From Bacilli bacterium (GTDB taxonomy: Bacteria; Bacillota_I; Bacilli_A; RFN20; CAG-826), in the NCBI GenBank assembly GCA_017442875.1, contig JAFSPN010000025.1, positions 1-56,294 of the forward strand: a stretch of 56,294 bases of DNA. Reading direction: 5' to 3'. The notes beneath the pieces are model-generated. The model saw nothing but the letters and a program-made list of their open reading frames with translations. It was not told where the DNA came from and ran no database searches. Shown in pieces: positions 18,124 through 28,698 of this stretch (position 1 is its first letter; every line of letters begins with the position of its first letter). The translations under genes and the position numbers were made by a program.

Positions 18124-20466
18124 ATGGACGATTTTAGACTCTATTTTATAACATTTATAACCGCCATTTTTATAATTGGTGGTTATAGCCTGACTAAACT
18201 GCTACTCAAAACATATAACAAAAATGTCGATGGTTTTAAGAAGTGGTTTTTAATTGCCTTAGCTGGTGTAACAGGTTTAATTATATTAACCGCTCTTTTC
18301 TTAGTGCCTGGAGCAATGGCTTCTAAGACATGGGATAATGGGCATTTAGCACCATGGATTGGTTGTATCAACTTAGTGGGTGTTCCTTATGGCGATAACA
18401 AGTTCTTAAACTTCTTAGCGTGGTTAGGCAATGCCTTCTTCTTACCGACCGCAATCATTGTGATATTTGATGTTTTCTTCCCATCAAAAGTTAGCAAGCT
18501 AATTAATAAATACATTGCATGGCCTGTTCTTTTGATCGAACTCTGGTTTATCTCCAACTTTGTGAGATCGCTATTAGGTTTAACGATTTTTAATTATCAA
18601 TCGATTTTATTGGCGCTTGAAGTTGGCTTATCGTTTGCTTTATCAACAATCTGTTTCCTAAGAGATAGAAAAGACATAAAACCATCTTCTTGGAAAGAAA
18701 TAGTATACTTTATCGCTTTCTTCTTATTCGTATTCATCGCTTGTTTACCAGTCGGTACATTTAGCACACTATTTGATACTGAGGTTAGTTATCTTGGTGC
18801 GTTAGGTAGTTCTTGGAGAGTTGTTGACTTCAAACTCATGCATCGTTTATACATTTACGCCGGTATTTTAATTCCTGTTCTCATTTACTTTGTAAATAGG
18901 GATAGGGATGAAAACGCTAACAAAGTTTTATTACTTTCAATGTCCATTGGTGTAATATCTGTCTTCTTCTCAGAATATGGATTCCAAGGCATTTTCCCAG
19001 TTGACGCTAACGGTAATTTAACAATTAGTGTCGGTCACTTACCAATTCACTTATGTCATACCGCTTTATTTGTGGTACCACTCTGTATTGCTTTTAATTT
19101 CAAAAGATTGTTCTATTTCACATATTTTATCAATGTCTTCGGTGCGGTAATGGCGATGTTATGGCCAAATGTTGGTGAGACACAAAACATGTTTGATAGC
19201 GGGGTTATCCTCTTCTGGTATAACCACATTGCCGCTTATTCGATGCCTTTATTAGCGGTCGCCCTCGGCTTATTCCCAAAACCAAAGATGAAACAAATGC
19301 TCTGGTCGTTGTTGTTCTTTGGCATTTATATGGGCTCAATTGTCATCGCTAACGCATGGTTATCTAATTACGTTTCTGGCTATGATCCAAATAAGTTAGG
19401 TACCGGTACTGACTACTTATTCATTAATGGCACTTATATCCTAGATATATTATCCGATAAAGCTTATCACATGCTTGATAACAAGGTGGTATTCAACATC
19501 GGTAAAAATACATTAGTTATTTATCCACTTTATCAAGGCTTATTCTTCCTTGGTTATGTGGCTATTGCTTTTGGCGTTTGGTTTGTCTATTCATTATTCT
19601 TTAGAATCGCCGACGCCCACAAAGATTTGCACAATCACATTGTGATAATGAGAAAACAGAGAATTACTTTTAAGGAGAAGATGGAAATGGCAAAGATTAA
19701 CGAAAGCGCTTTAAATCATGAAAAAGCAACACTAAAATTCATCAACTTTTCAAAAAGATACGGTAACTCCGCGAAATTAAGTGCTGACCACGTTAATTTG
19801 GAAGTTAACGGTGGCGAAATATTTGGTTTCCTTGGCCCTAATGGTGCGGGTAAATCCACATGTATTAAAACCACTATCGGTATTCAACCAGTCACGGAAG
19901 GCGAAATCGAAGTATGCGGCTATAACGTTTCTAACCAATCTGTCTTAGCTAAAAGAGTGATTGGCTATGTCCCAGACCACTACGCTTTATATGAAAAATT
20001 AACGGGACGTGAATATATTAACTATATCGCTGACCTATATGGCGTCAATAAAGATGATCGTGACAAACGCATCTCTAAATACGTCGACTTATTTGAATTA
20101 AATCAAGCATTTGATAATAGAATGCAAACATATTCACATGGCATGAAACAAAAGATGACCATTATGGCCGCTTTAATTCATAATCCAAAAGTATGGATTC
20201 TCGACGAACCATTAACGGGCTTAGATCCTCAATCCATCTATCAAGTTAAAGAAGTGATGAAAGAACACGCTAAGGAAGACAATATTGTGTTCTTCTCATC
20301 TCATATTATTAACGTCGTTGAAAAACTATGTACACGTATTGCCATTATTAAGAAAGGGCAAATCGTTTTCGTCGACACGATGGAAAACGTTGAAAAGAAC
20401 CATCCAGAAGGTTTGGAAGAGTTCTATATGAACACGATTAGAGATAACGGAGATTTAGATGAATAA
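18124..20466 (+). CDS. fusion of a membrane domain of about 520 aa (YwaF/TP0381-like, HLPIHLCH motif) with a C-terminal ABC ATPase
   Basis: It has Walker A GPNGAGKST, signature-like YSHGMKQK and Walker B WILDEPLTGLD. More than 12 TM helices lie upstream in the same ORF. Confidence 0.8.
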   Translation: MDDFRLYFITFITAIFIIGGYSLTKLLLKTYNKNVDGFKKWFLIALAGVTGLIILTALFLVPGAMASKTWDNGHLAPWIGCINLVGVPYGDNKFLNFLAWLGNAFFLPTAIIVIFDVFFPSKVSKLINKYIAWPVLLIELWFISNFVRSLLGLTIFNYQSILLALEVGLSFALSTICFLRDRKDIKPSSWKEIVYFIAFFLFVFIACLPVGTFSTLFDTEVSYLGALGSSWRVVDFKLMHRLYIYAGILIPVLIYFVNRDRDENANKVLLLSMSIGVISVFFSEYGFQGIFPVDANGNLTISVGHLPIHLCHTALFVVPLCIAFNFKRLFYFTYFINVFGAVMAMLWPNVGETQNMFDSGVILFWYNHIAAYSMPLLAVALGLFPKPKMKQMLWSLLFFGIYMGSIVIANAWLSNYVSGYDPNKLGTGTDYLFINGTYILDILSDKAYHMLDNKVVFNIGKNTLVIYPLYQGLFFLGYVAIAFGVWFVYSLFFRIADAHKDLHNHIVIMRKQRITFKEKMEMAKINESALNHEKATLKFINFSKRYGNSAKLSADHVNLEVNGGEIFGFLGPNGAGKSTCIKTTIGIQPVTEGEIEVCGYNVSNQSVLAKRVIGYVPDHYALYEKLTGREYINYIADLYGVNKDDRDKRISKYVDLFELNQAFDNRMQTYSHGMKQKMTIMAALIHNPKVWILDEPLTGLDPQSIYQVKEVMKEHAKEDNIVFFSSHIINVVEKLCTRIAIIKKGQIVFVDTMENVEKNHPEGLEEFYMNTIRDNGDLDE

Positions 20467-22570
20467 ATTTAAAAACTTCATCACTAATAATCGCTTTGCT
20501 AGTGGCGCTCACCACTGGTTTAGAGACTTTATTACTTTAATTGCTATGCAGTTAAAGGAGCATTTAAGTTTCTCTTTTAAAGCCGATAAAAAAGGTGCGT
20601 TGACCAAGATTATCTTGTTCGCCATTCTTTTAATTGGTGTGACTGCGATTATCGCCGTTGTTTTCTGGTTATTAGGATATTTGAATATCGTCGGTAATGG
20701 CATCATTCCAGTACCACTATTCAATATTTTGCTTTACTTTGTGATGATTCTTAACATCTTCTCTTGTTTACATAAGCTCACCAAGTCTTTGTACTTTAGC
20801 GAAGATAATCAAGTTTTATTAAGCTATCCAGTTAATAGCGGCGTTATTTTCCTATCTAAATTAGTGGTTTTCTACATCTTAGAATTAGTAAAAAGCTTTG
20901 CTTTCTTAGTGCCTTTATTCTTAGCATATGGTATCACTAATATCATCCCCACAAATTCAATCACAGTAATGATTGGCTATATCCCATGGGTTTTCTTCTG
21001 TTTCTTTATCATTTCCTTTATTCCTGTGGCTATAGGCGCATTACTATCCATCCCATATATGTACGTCTTATCCTTCTTAAAGAGATCACAATATATTCAA
21101 AGCATTTTAGCTTTCCTTGCTATTATGACTATTGTCGTCTTCCTATTCATTGGTTTTAGCAAGATACCGGCAAACCTTCAAATTGCTTCTAAGTGGGCCA
21201 CAACTTATTACCCCCGTGTCATTGGTTTCTCAGAAACTGTCGAAAAATATGCTGGCCCATTATACTTTGTGGCGATGCTCGTTCTTGGCTACTATGGCTA
21301 TGAACACAGTGGCAATCCACACGCTTTAAGAATTGTTAACGCTAATACCGGTTTAGTCTTACTTGGCTTTATCGGTGTCATCTTAATTTTACTCGTCATT
21401 AGTTATTTCTTAGCGAAGCCATTATTCTTTAAGATGGCCACTAAACCATTTGAATATCAAAAGAAGATTATTAACCATAACTATAAGCTCAATATCGAAA
21501 AGGCTGATATTTCAATTAAAGCCTTTAGACCAAAACTTCAATATCCAATCTCCAAAAAGGATAGAGAAGGTATTATTAACAAGCTCTCAAGATTATTAAG
21601 GAGAGTGAATAGAGAAGAAAAACTCTTCTTGAGAAGAAAAATTGATAATAAGAGAATTTTAAAGTTCTTAAATAAATATTCCCACTCCTTAAGGTTTGAA
21701 ATCATCGATGCTTCCGAAATCACTGATTTTGGTTTCATTGTTGAAAAACGAAACGAAGTTCCGTTCCTAGTGCTCGTAAAAGATAAGAATAAGAATGTTT
21801 ATTCCTGTTACGACCCATACTATCTAGGCAAGAAAAACCGCGTTAAAGATAAGAGATTAACGTTGTTTGTTAAAGAAATCTTATTAGATACTAGAACACC
21901 AGGAATTATGCTATCTAATTTCTTGCTATTTATCATTACGCCTTTAGCCATTTCTTTGTTAAATGCTTTATTCGCTGCCATCAACACATCTTTCCAAGGA
22001 AAGACATATACTGTCATGTTTAACGTTTTGATTATTATGCTCATCGTTTTAGCGAGCAATGTCACAATGGCAAGCATCTATTCAAGAGAAGGTAAAACCT
22101 CATATATGCTTAAGGCAATGCCTGTTAACTATATGGCGTCACTAGCCTTTAAGCTCATCATTAGAGCGGTTATCGTAATCGCTTCTTTAGCGGTGACAAT
22201 TATTCTTTATTCAACATATTGCAAAATCAGTTTCATTAGGTATGACTTATTGTTCTTTACCTTTGTCTTTATCTATCTAGGCCACCTCTTATGGTCAGCG
22301 GAACTAGACTTTATGAACCCTAAAGATAACTTGTATGCCGCTTTAGGACAAAATGTTAATAATCCTAACGAAACCACAAGTGCGATATTAACGTTTATTA
22401 TTTCTTTTGCGATGATGGGCATTTCCTTCTTCTTGATATCCACAGAAGTCTCGAATGCTTTCATTAAACTATTTATTATTGGTCTCATCTTCTTCTTAGC
22501 GAGATTAGGCCTATTTGTCTTAAAGATTCTTGCTTATGGCACATCGAGGGCGGAAAGGAGGGATAGCTAA
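20459..22570 (+). CDS. large polytopic membrane protein, putative ABC-exporter permease partner
   Basis: Its ATG overlaps the preceding stop (ATGAATAA). It has two clusters of TM helices separated by a basic cytoplasmic region of about 150 aa. Confidence 0.55.
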   Translation: MNKFKNFITNNRFASGAHHWFRDFITLIAMQLKEHLSFSFKADKKGALTKIILFAILLIGVTAIIAVVFWLLGYLNIVGNGIIPVPLFNILLYFVMILNIFSCLHKLTKSLYFSEDNQVLLSYPVNSGVIFLSKLVVFYILELVKSFAFLVPLFLAYGITNIIPTNSITVMIGYIPWVFFCFFIISFIPVAIGALLSIPYMYVLSFLKRSQYIQSILAFLAIMTIVVFLFIGFSKIPANLQIASKWATTYYPRVIGFSETVEKYAGPLYFVAMLVLGYYGYEHSGNPHALRIVNANTGLVLLGFIGVILILLVISYFLAKPLFFKMATKPFEYQKKIINHNYKLNIEKADISIKAFRPKLQYPISKKDREGIINKLSRLLRRVNREEKLFLRRKIDNKRILKFLNKYSHSLRFEIIDASEITDFGFIVEKRNEVPFLVLVKDKNKNVYSCYDPYYLGKKNRVKDKRLTLFVKEILLDTRTPGIMLSNFLLFIITPLAISLLNALFAAINTSFQGKTYTVMFNVLIIMLIVLASNVTMASIYSREGKTSYMLKAMPVNYMASLAFKLIIRAVIVIASLAVTIILYSTYCKISFIRYDLLFFTFVFIYLGHLLWSAELDFMNPKDNLYAALGQNVNNPNETTSAILTFIISFAMMGISFFLISTEVSNAFIKLFIIGLIFFLARLGLFVLKILAYGTSRAERRDS

Positions 22571-22572
22571 TT

Positions 22573-23139
22573 ATGAAAAAAGCACTTATCGCTATTATTT
22601 CCACAATTTACGTTGTGGCGTTAGTTATCGTTGCCTTCCTTGGCACTCGTGCGGAAGTCATCAATAGAGTGGTTTTCGTGGAAGATATTGTCTTAAACAA
22701 TACAAGTATTTATAAAAGAAACGCTGAACAAATCCCCGCAAATCGTATCGTTGCTGTATATAAACGTCCAGACGCCTCTCAAATCGATGAAAACGGCCGT
22801 GATAAGGTTGAAACGCGTATAAATTGGGACTTCGAAGGCACGAAAAGAGACTACGCTATCTTTATTGACGATTATTATTATTACTATGAATTAATTTCAA
22901 CAAGATATACAATTGACGTTAGCGTCATTCCAGAGGACGCCACAAATAAGGAGCTTTCATTCTATTTGCAAGCTACCGATACATTAAAAGAACAGATTAA
23001 AATGACAAGCTATGGTGAGATTGACCTCACCAACTTAAAACACAAGAGCGGTTATGTCGATGTTGATATCGTTATCTCGTCAACTGACCATTCTGAAGTG
23101 TCAAAAGACATCTTGTTAAAAATCAATAAGTACGAATAA
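22573..23139 (+). CDS. membrane-anchored extracytoplasmic protein, function unknown
   Basis: The start lies 2 nt after the preceding stop. It has an N-terminal signal-anchor helix. Confidence 0.45.
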   Translation: MKKALIAIISTIYVVALVIVAFLGTRAEVINRVVFVEDIVLNNTSIYKRNAEQIPANRIVAVYKRPDASQIDENGRDKVETRINWDFEGTKRDYAIFIDDYYYYYELISTRYTIDVSVIPEDATNKELSFYLQATDTLKEQIKMTSYGEIDLTNLKHKSGYVDVDIVISSTDHSEVSKDILLKINKYE

Positions 23140-23153
23140 AGGAGATATTCCAA

Positions 23154-25793
23154 ATGAAAAAATCACTTATTGCGATTACTGCGGTATTAGCCCTATCAAT
23201 GATGATGGGCTGTAACCAACATGGTAATCCATCAAGTTCCACCAATCCTAATCAATCAAGTTCATCTGATGGTGGCGCTAGTAGTTCACAAGAACAAACA
23301 GTTAAAGTCACATCCGTTACCGTGACTCCAGGAAGAAGCAAAATTTATCTAAGCCAAGGTGACACCGTTCAATTAACGGCCATAGTTGCCCCAAATAACG
23401 CGACTAACCCAACTGTTAAATGGTCAAGTTCTAATACCGAACTCGCCACTGTTGATAATAATGGTTTAGTAAAATGCTTAGCCAAAGGTACAGTTCGTAT
23501 TACCGCTACAAGTGATGACGATGCCACCATCAAAGACATTGCAACAATCGAAATCTTGCAATACGAATCACAAGATGACACATTAAGTGCTCTTAACCAA
23601 CCGCTCTTCTATGAATCATATAAGAGAAACACACAAGATTTAGATGATGTTGAAAACATCAATGGCGCCACAGAGTTATTAGCCACTAAATACTTCAAAA
23701 ATGTTGAAGGAAAGAAAGATAACTACCGCGTTGGTGCGGATAACGCATTTAAATTAAACGTCACTGGTAAAGTTACTGACGATGCAGGTGGTGATACCGT
23801 TGTTAGCGATCCACACGTTTTAGTGAGCATTGCTAAATGGGATAAAACACAAAGCAAATACGTTGACTTAGCCGGTCAAGATTTAGCGGCTTATGCCTCT
23901 ATTGCCGCTGATAATAAATCTGTTGATTTCACTGACGCTGCTGTTGACTCATTATTTAAAATTACCATTGCCGCTGACAAATCATACTATGCTGCTGTTG
24001 GCGATGGTTATTCACCAGTCGTTTTAGAAGTAGAAGTTACAAAGGGCATTAACGCTTATGATAAATATGATTTATCCGTCTTCGATAACAGAAATAGCGA
24101 TTGGGCCACAATTAGAGCAAACAACAATAAAAGCGAAGTCGTCACCGAAGGTATTGTCTTACATAGTGACATCACTATCGATAACAGCGACATCCCACAA
24201 TCATTAAAATATAGCGAAGCTGAAGTCAACGAATACATTTCTAAATTCTCGACAGACTTTGCTGACTGGTGCGCTAAAAAAGAAGTGACCACCGCTCAAG
24301 GTAAGGACCTTTTAATTGGTTCAGTTAAAGACGAGGTTGATATTTTCAGACGCTATACTCTTCCAAATCAAGAAAACTTTAACTTAGAAGGTAATTATTT
24401 CAAAATTAACTGCTCGGGCATTAAACAAGTCTATGCTTTCAATGGTTCTATTGAATCAGGCAAAGTTGCTGACCAATACTCTCCAGATGATCCATCCAAG
24501 GGTTGTGATGGCTCCCACTCACAACTGTTTTCTATTAATGTTGATGTAGGAGAATCAGATGGTTATGTTCCAGGTGGCGCAGTTAACTTTAAAAACGTCA
24601 CCATTATCGGTAACGGTGATTTAAGCGATGATGATAAGTACATGGGTGGCTTAATTACATTTAAGTTCAACTCCATTACATTCACCGCTTCTAACGTTTT
24701 AACAAGTAAATCATTCACCACATTCATGCCGCAACTCGTCCGTTACAGCTTTGCATCAGGTGCGACAACATCAATGCTTATTGATAGAAGCAAATGCTAT
24801 GACTCATATAACTCCATGATCTATGTTTGGGGTAATGAAAATAATATTGTCACTAACTCTGTTATGAAAAGAGCGGGTGGCGCGATTGCTTTATTAGATG
24901 AAGTTAATGCAGCGGATAGATCTTCTGAAACACACGGCACTCCAAAAGTTGATTGCTTCAACGTTGATTTAGATAACCCAGTTACTGGTCTTGAACCTTG
25001 GTTCGTCGCCCATAAAGCCACTGCTTTGGTTCAAATGATGGAAATCTTTGGCGATCCAACAAGCGGAAGATGGATTGGTAGAAACGCAGCATTGCATGGC
25101 GATCACAAAAACATCCTCACTCTCGATGCCACTGGTCAACCATACATCAACTTAATCGCTGTTGATATTGATGGTAGAGATCCACTATCTAACTCTTTAG
25201 ATAAAGGCTCAATGCTCAAAGGCCATTTCAACATCTATAACGATAAAGAATTAACCACACTTGTAGGCGGTATGGATATGGCTAAGCTCGCTGCTGCTGA
25301 TCCAACTCTTTCGCAAGAACAATTTGTTGGTCAAGTTTTAGTGGCTTCACAACAAGGCAACTATTTACCAACATACCGTTTATTAGCGGCTTCTCAAGGC
25401 GCACAAGGTATCATTACCGAAACATTAACAGGTCACGCAATGTTATCAGATGCCCCTGAATTAGATGGAGACGGTAATATCAATCCGTCAACCGGTTTCA
25501 GAAACGGCGTTATTGCCGATTACAATAACCCAGTTACTATGTCGGGAATGGTTCCTTCATTACCAAAACAACAATTAACCGAAGATATTGCCTTAACACC
25601 AATTCCTTTATATGCCGGTAACTCAGGCACCGATGATGAAGTTGCAGGCGCTGATTATATGAGTGGCAGATTGACATCTACATTAAACGGCTTGGCAAGC
25701 GGTACATACATGAGCATCTATCTCCAACCATCCGCTTCTACCGAATACATCGGTGCGTTCATCAAAATGCAAAAATTAGAAATGGGCAACTAA
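23154..25793 (+). CDS. large surface lipoprotein with an Ig-like (Big_2-type) domain
   Basis: An AGGAG SD is present. The lipobox is LSMMMGC, followed by a Ser-rich linker. The Big_2-like segment reads VTSVTVTPGRSKIYLSQGDTVQLTAIVAPNNATNPTVKWSSSNTELATVDNNGLV. Confidence 0.7.
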   Translation: MKKSLIAITAVLALSMMMGCNQHGNPSSSTNPNQSSSSDGGASSSQEQTVKVTSVTVTPGRSKIYLSQGDTVQLTAIVAPNNATNPTVKWSSSNTELATVDNNGLVKCLAKGTVRITATSDDDATIKDIATIEILQYESQDDTLSALNQPLFYESYKRNTQDLDDVENINGATELLATKYFKNVEGKKDNYRVGADNAFKLNVTGKVTDDAGGDTVVSDPHVLVSIAKWDKTQSKYVDLAGQDLAAYASIAADNKSVDFTDAAVDSLFKITIAADKSYYAAVGDGYSPVVLEVEVTKGINAYDKYDLSVFDNRNSDWATIRANNNKSEVVTEGIVLHSDITIDNSDIPQSLKYSEAEVNEYISKFSTDFADWCAKKEVTTAQGKDLLIGSVKDEVDIFRRYTLPNQENFNLEGNYFKINCSGIKQVYAFNGSIESGKVADQYSPDDPSKGCDGSHSQLFSINVDVGESDGYVPGGAVNFKNVTIIGNGDLSDDDKYMGGLITFKFNSITFTASNVLTSKSFTTFMPQLVRYSFASGATTSMLIDRSKCYDSYNSMIYVWGNENNIVTNSVMKRAGGAIALLDEVNAADRSSETHGTPKVDCFNVDLDNPVTGLEPWFVAHKATALVQMMEIFGDPTSGRWIGRNAALHGDHKNILTLDATGQPYINLIAVDIDGRDPLSNSLDKGSMLKGHFNIYNDKELTTLVGGMDMAKLAAADPTLSQEQFVGQVLVASQQGNYLPTYRLLAASQGAQGIITETLTGHAMLSDAPELDGDGNINPSTGFRNGVIADYNNPVTMSGMVPSLPKQQLTEDIALTPIPLYAGNSGTDDEVAGADYMSGRLTSTLNGLASGTYMSIYLQPSASTEYIGAFIKMQKLEMGN

Positions 25794-25818
25794 ACATTTC
25801 TGAAAAACTTAATAATTA

Positions 25819-25842
25819 GGGAAAGTAAACTTTCCCTTTTTT
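25819..25842 (+). terminator. intrinsic terminator of the ABC/lipoprotein operon
   Basis: GGGAAAG-taaa-CTTTCCC is followed by TTTTTT. Confidence 0.8.
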
Positions 25843-25864
25843 ATTGTTTAAGAAAAAAACAAAA

Positions 25865-25916
25865 CTTTTTTGGACAAAACCGAAAAATCTCCCGATTAGT
25901 AAGTAGGGAGGTTTTT
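25865..25916 (+). repeat. cassette leader repeat, copy A (about 50 nt, identical core in copies C and D)
   Basis: The sequence is CTTTTTTGGACAAAACCGAAAAATCTCCCGATTAGTAAGTAGGGAGGTTTTT. It contains a TTGGACA box and an 11-bp hairpin (AAAAAUCUCCC/GGGAGGUUUUU) whose 3' arm is the SD. Confidence 0.8.
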
Positions 25917-25930
25917 ACTAAAAGATATTC

Positions 25931-26281
25931 ATGAAAAGAAAAGCAAAAAAGCAAGTTTTAAGAAAGAAAAAGGAATTTCGATACCACAACATAGAAATAG
26001 TCAACGAGAATGGGTCGATCACAAAAATCAGGCACCCATCGTATGTATTTCTCGAAAAAGGGAACATCTATATTTATATTTCCATTACCCATTCTGACAG
26101 TGTGAAAAATGCAATTGTTATCAAATTGAAGAAGAATCCAAATCCCCAAGACAAAAGAGAGTCTTATCGAATTGTGGAAATAAAAGAAGACACGAAAGAT
26201 AAATTTAGTAAGCGTCTTAAAAAATGGGTTATGGACTGTGAAGATGATAAAGACATTAGAGAAGAGTACAAAAAAAGATGA
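25931..26281 (+). CDS. small basic hypothetical protein (116 aa)
   Basis: It is preceded by repeat copy A, which supplies the SD. The protein is Lys-rich and has no secure motif. Confidence 0.5.
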   Translation: MKRKAKKQVLRKKKEFRYHNIEIVNENGSITKIRHPSYVFLEKGNIYIYISITHSDSVKNAIVIKLKKNPNPQDKRESYRIVEIKEDTKDKFSKRLKKWVMDCEDDKDIREEYKKR

Positions 26282-26380
26282 TTCTGTCGATTGGCAAACG
26301 CCAACTTATGGACACCGGAGAACATGCTCCTAGGAATCATCATTTGTTATTTAACCAAAAAAATGGTTGCTTTGCAAATA

Positions 26381-26429
26381 TTTTGGACAAATTTTATTTT
26401 CAAACCGATTAGTAAATAGGGAGGTTTTT
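26381..26429 (+). repeat. cassette leader repeat, copy B (diverged; anti-SD arm lost)
   Basis: The sequence is TTTTGGACAAATTTTATTTTCAAACCGATTAGTAAATAGGGAGGTTTTTA, directly upstream of the ATG. Confidence 0.7.
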
Positions 26430-26434
26430 ACATT

Positions 26435-26815
26435 ATGGAAGAAAAAAACGAATTACTATTTAACGAATTAAATGAAGAAAACTTAGAATCAATGATTTAT
26501 GAAATTAGAGGAGAACGCGTCATGTTAGACTTTGATTTAGCGAGAATCTATGGGTACACGACAAAAGCATTCAACCAGCAAATCAAAAACAATATTGAAA
26601 AGTTTCCAAGTGACTTTATGTTCCAATTAACTTCGATTGAATCTGATGTTTTGGTGATGTCAAAAAAAATGACTTCACGGAAAACGACATTTTTCTCTGG
26701 CCAAACAGGGGGCACTAGAAAGTTACCAAACGCCTTTACCGAGAAGGGCATCTATATGCTTATGACTGTATTGCGGGGTGAACTTGCCGTTAAAAAAAGA
26801 ACTGGATATGTCTAG
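26435..26815 (+). CDS. ORF6N (KilA-N-like DNA-binding) domain protein; short paralog lacking the C-terminal domain
   Basis: IYEIRGERVMLDFDLARIYGYTTKAFNQQIKNNIEKFPSDFMFQLT is the ORF6N signature. The first ~65 aa are near-identical to the product of 30689-31663. The short copy ends after AFTEKGIYMLMTVLRGELA. Confidence 0.7.
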   Translation: MEEKNELLFNELNEENLESMIYEIRGERVMLDFDLARIYGYTTKAFNQQIKNNIEKFPSDFMFQLTSIESDVLVMSKKMTSRKTTFFSGQTGGTRKLPNAFTEKGIYMLMTVLRGELAVKKRTGYV

Positions 26816-26874
26816 CATCATACCCAGTTCCAAATAGGCGTTTTAAGAGGCGATAACCTTTTCTAAAGGTTCTA

Positions 26875-28581
26875 TTACTCTACATCCCTTAAAGCGTTTA
26901 AGAAACTGTAATAAGCTGGTTTTTTCGAATAATCAGAGTTGAACAATAAAGGATAATTAGTGCTGTGCCATGATAAGTCATCAGTAATGCCCCAAAGGAT
27001 AACTGCATTAACATCCATCTTGCCTTCATCCTTACCTTTAACAAGACCTTTAATCAACTTACTATAGGCTTCTTTTTGTTTGTTATCAAATTCCGAAGAA
27101 CCACTACAATTGATATCTAATTCGGTAAGTTGACATTTGACACCCGCTTTATAAGAGATTTCCGCGCATTCTAAAATCGCATCAACATCGTTATAACTCA
27201 AACAGTGGCTTTGAATACCAATACCATCAAGAATCTTTTCATCGATTGCTTTCTTAAGAAGCCTATCGGTGGTCACTGCGGTTTGCAAACGCTTTGGGCC
27301 ACCCCATTGACTTTGTTCGAAGGCATAATCGTTATAATAAAGATTCATATAATCTTTTTTATAAGTGGACGCTGCCACAAAGGCTTGATAAATATAATCT
27401 TCACCAATGGTTTTCATCCAGTTGCTATCTCTAATTTGGCCTTCTTCTGGAAGAGCTTCGTTAACAACATCAAGTGCATATACTAGTCCTGGCCAATTTT
27501 CATCAAGAGCGTCAATCATTTCTTTAAAGAAGTTATTAAGTCTTCCAATCATCACATCTCTAGAAACGAATGAGCCACCACCTTGATAGCCTTCTCTAAA
27601 GAACCAATCTGGTGTTTGATCATGCCACACAAAGGTGTGATGTCTAACTTTGATATGAGCGGCTTCACACCAATCATAGATATCTTTAAAAGGAGATATA
27701 TTAACCACTACTGCTGTTGGATCGTTTTTAACGAGTGCTTGTGAGCCCGCTTGATCAAGAGTGCTATTTGGTTTTGCTTCGTTTTCCGCAGTGACAGAAC
27801 AGAAGTTTTCTCTAGTGATTTGTCTAAACTTGCTATTCTTCGCCATATTCGCGGATAGTTCAGTACCAACGATGAAATAATCTTGATAAGTCTTATATAA
27901 GCTTTCGCTATTAAAAACATATCCTGTTTCAACTGTTTCCGCACCAAAGGTGATATTGATATCATCAACATAGAACTCGACTTCTTGATTATCATCAACA
28001 GGTACGAAGTTTAATCTAATCGAATTTAAAACATATAAAGTATCATAAGAAACTTCTAATCTAATCCACTTTTCTTGTTTATCAGCATTTATTTCAAGTT
28101 TGTCACTTTTAAATGTATCGCTAGAGGCATTACCTCCCCAGCCACCACCATAACTAACAGAATTAACTTCTAATTCTAAGGAAGATAGATTGCTAGTAGA
28201 TGGAACATAAACATATAAGGAAATAATATCTCCATTTTTTGCATCTAAATCAGAAAAGAACTTATCTTCTAGTTCACTAGTGATATAGCCTTGATTGCTT
28301 TTTACTTTGTAATGCAAACTGACTTTATCATCATTACCAAGTGATTTGCTTATTTCTCTTATACCTGTTCCACCTTCTGGAACATCTAAAGGGATAGATT
28401 TAAAATCTTCACTAGATTTCCATTCCTTAACTGTATCACCAATTTCATAAACGGCTTCTGGGTCATATTCCCATTTGCCGTTTTCTTCTTCGCTATTTTG
28501 ATTGCCTTTTGAGCACGCCACTAAAGATGTCACGGTCAACAAAACTAACGCAGACATCAAAAAACTTTTGTTGCTTTTCAT
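26875..28581 (-). CDS. lipoprotein endo-1,4-beta-xylanase, glycoside hydrolase family 10, with an N-terminal non-catalytic (CBM-like) domain
   Basis: The lipobox is LVAC. The GH10 catalytic motifs are LDVVNEA (acid/base Glu) and QLTELDIN (nucleophile Glu). Confidence 0.85.
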   Translation of the reverse strand: MKSNKSFLMSALVLLTVTSLVACSKGNQNSEEENGKWEYDPEAVYEIGDTVKEWKSSEDFKSIPLDVPEGGTGIREISKSLGNDDKVSLHYKVKSNQGYITSELEDKFFSDLDAKNGDIISLYVYVPSTSNLSSLELEVNSVSYGGGWGGNASSDTFKSDKLEINADKQEKWIRLEVSYDTLYVLNSIRLNFVPVDDNQEVEFYVDDINITFGAETVETGYVFNSESLYKTYQDYFIVGTELSANMAKNSKFRQITRENFCSVTAENEAKPNSTLDQAGSQALVKNDPTAVVVNISPFKDIYDWCEAAHIKVRHHTFVWHDQTPDWFFREGYQGGGSFVSRDVMIGRLNNFFKEMIDALDENWPGLVYALDVVNEALPEEGQIRDSNWMKTIGEDYIYQAFVAASTYKKDYMNLYYNDYAFEQSQWGGPKRLQTAVTTDRLLKKAIDEKILDGIGIQSHCLSYNDVDAILECAEISYKAGVKCQLTELDINCSGSSEFDNKQKEAYSKLIKGLVKGKDEGKMDVNAVILWGITDDLSWHSTNYPLLFNSDYSKKPAYYSFLNALRDVE

Positions 28582-28698
28582 AATATATTTTCCTTACATT
28601 TCTATTTTATATAGAATTCTATTTACAATAAAGCATTTATGTCGCTTGTTTACATGTAGCGGCGTTTTATTTTATTTTGTTATAATGCATCGTGCGTT

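Noticed and set aside
766-22488. Numerous antisense or out-of-frame track ORFs nested in large genes. Examples are 766-1083, 1492-1737, 1816-2049, 9793-9987, 10833-11165, 11496-11777, 12598-12783, 14035-14526, 14172-14447, 14693-14941, 15468-15722, 17292-17645, 18183-18371, 20509-20724, 21132-21329, 21538-21738, 21820-22077 and 22273-22488.
   Set aside because: Each lies entirely within a longer ORF that has clear domain content. They lack SDs and show shadow-frame composition.
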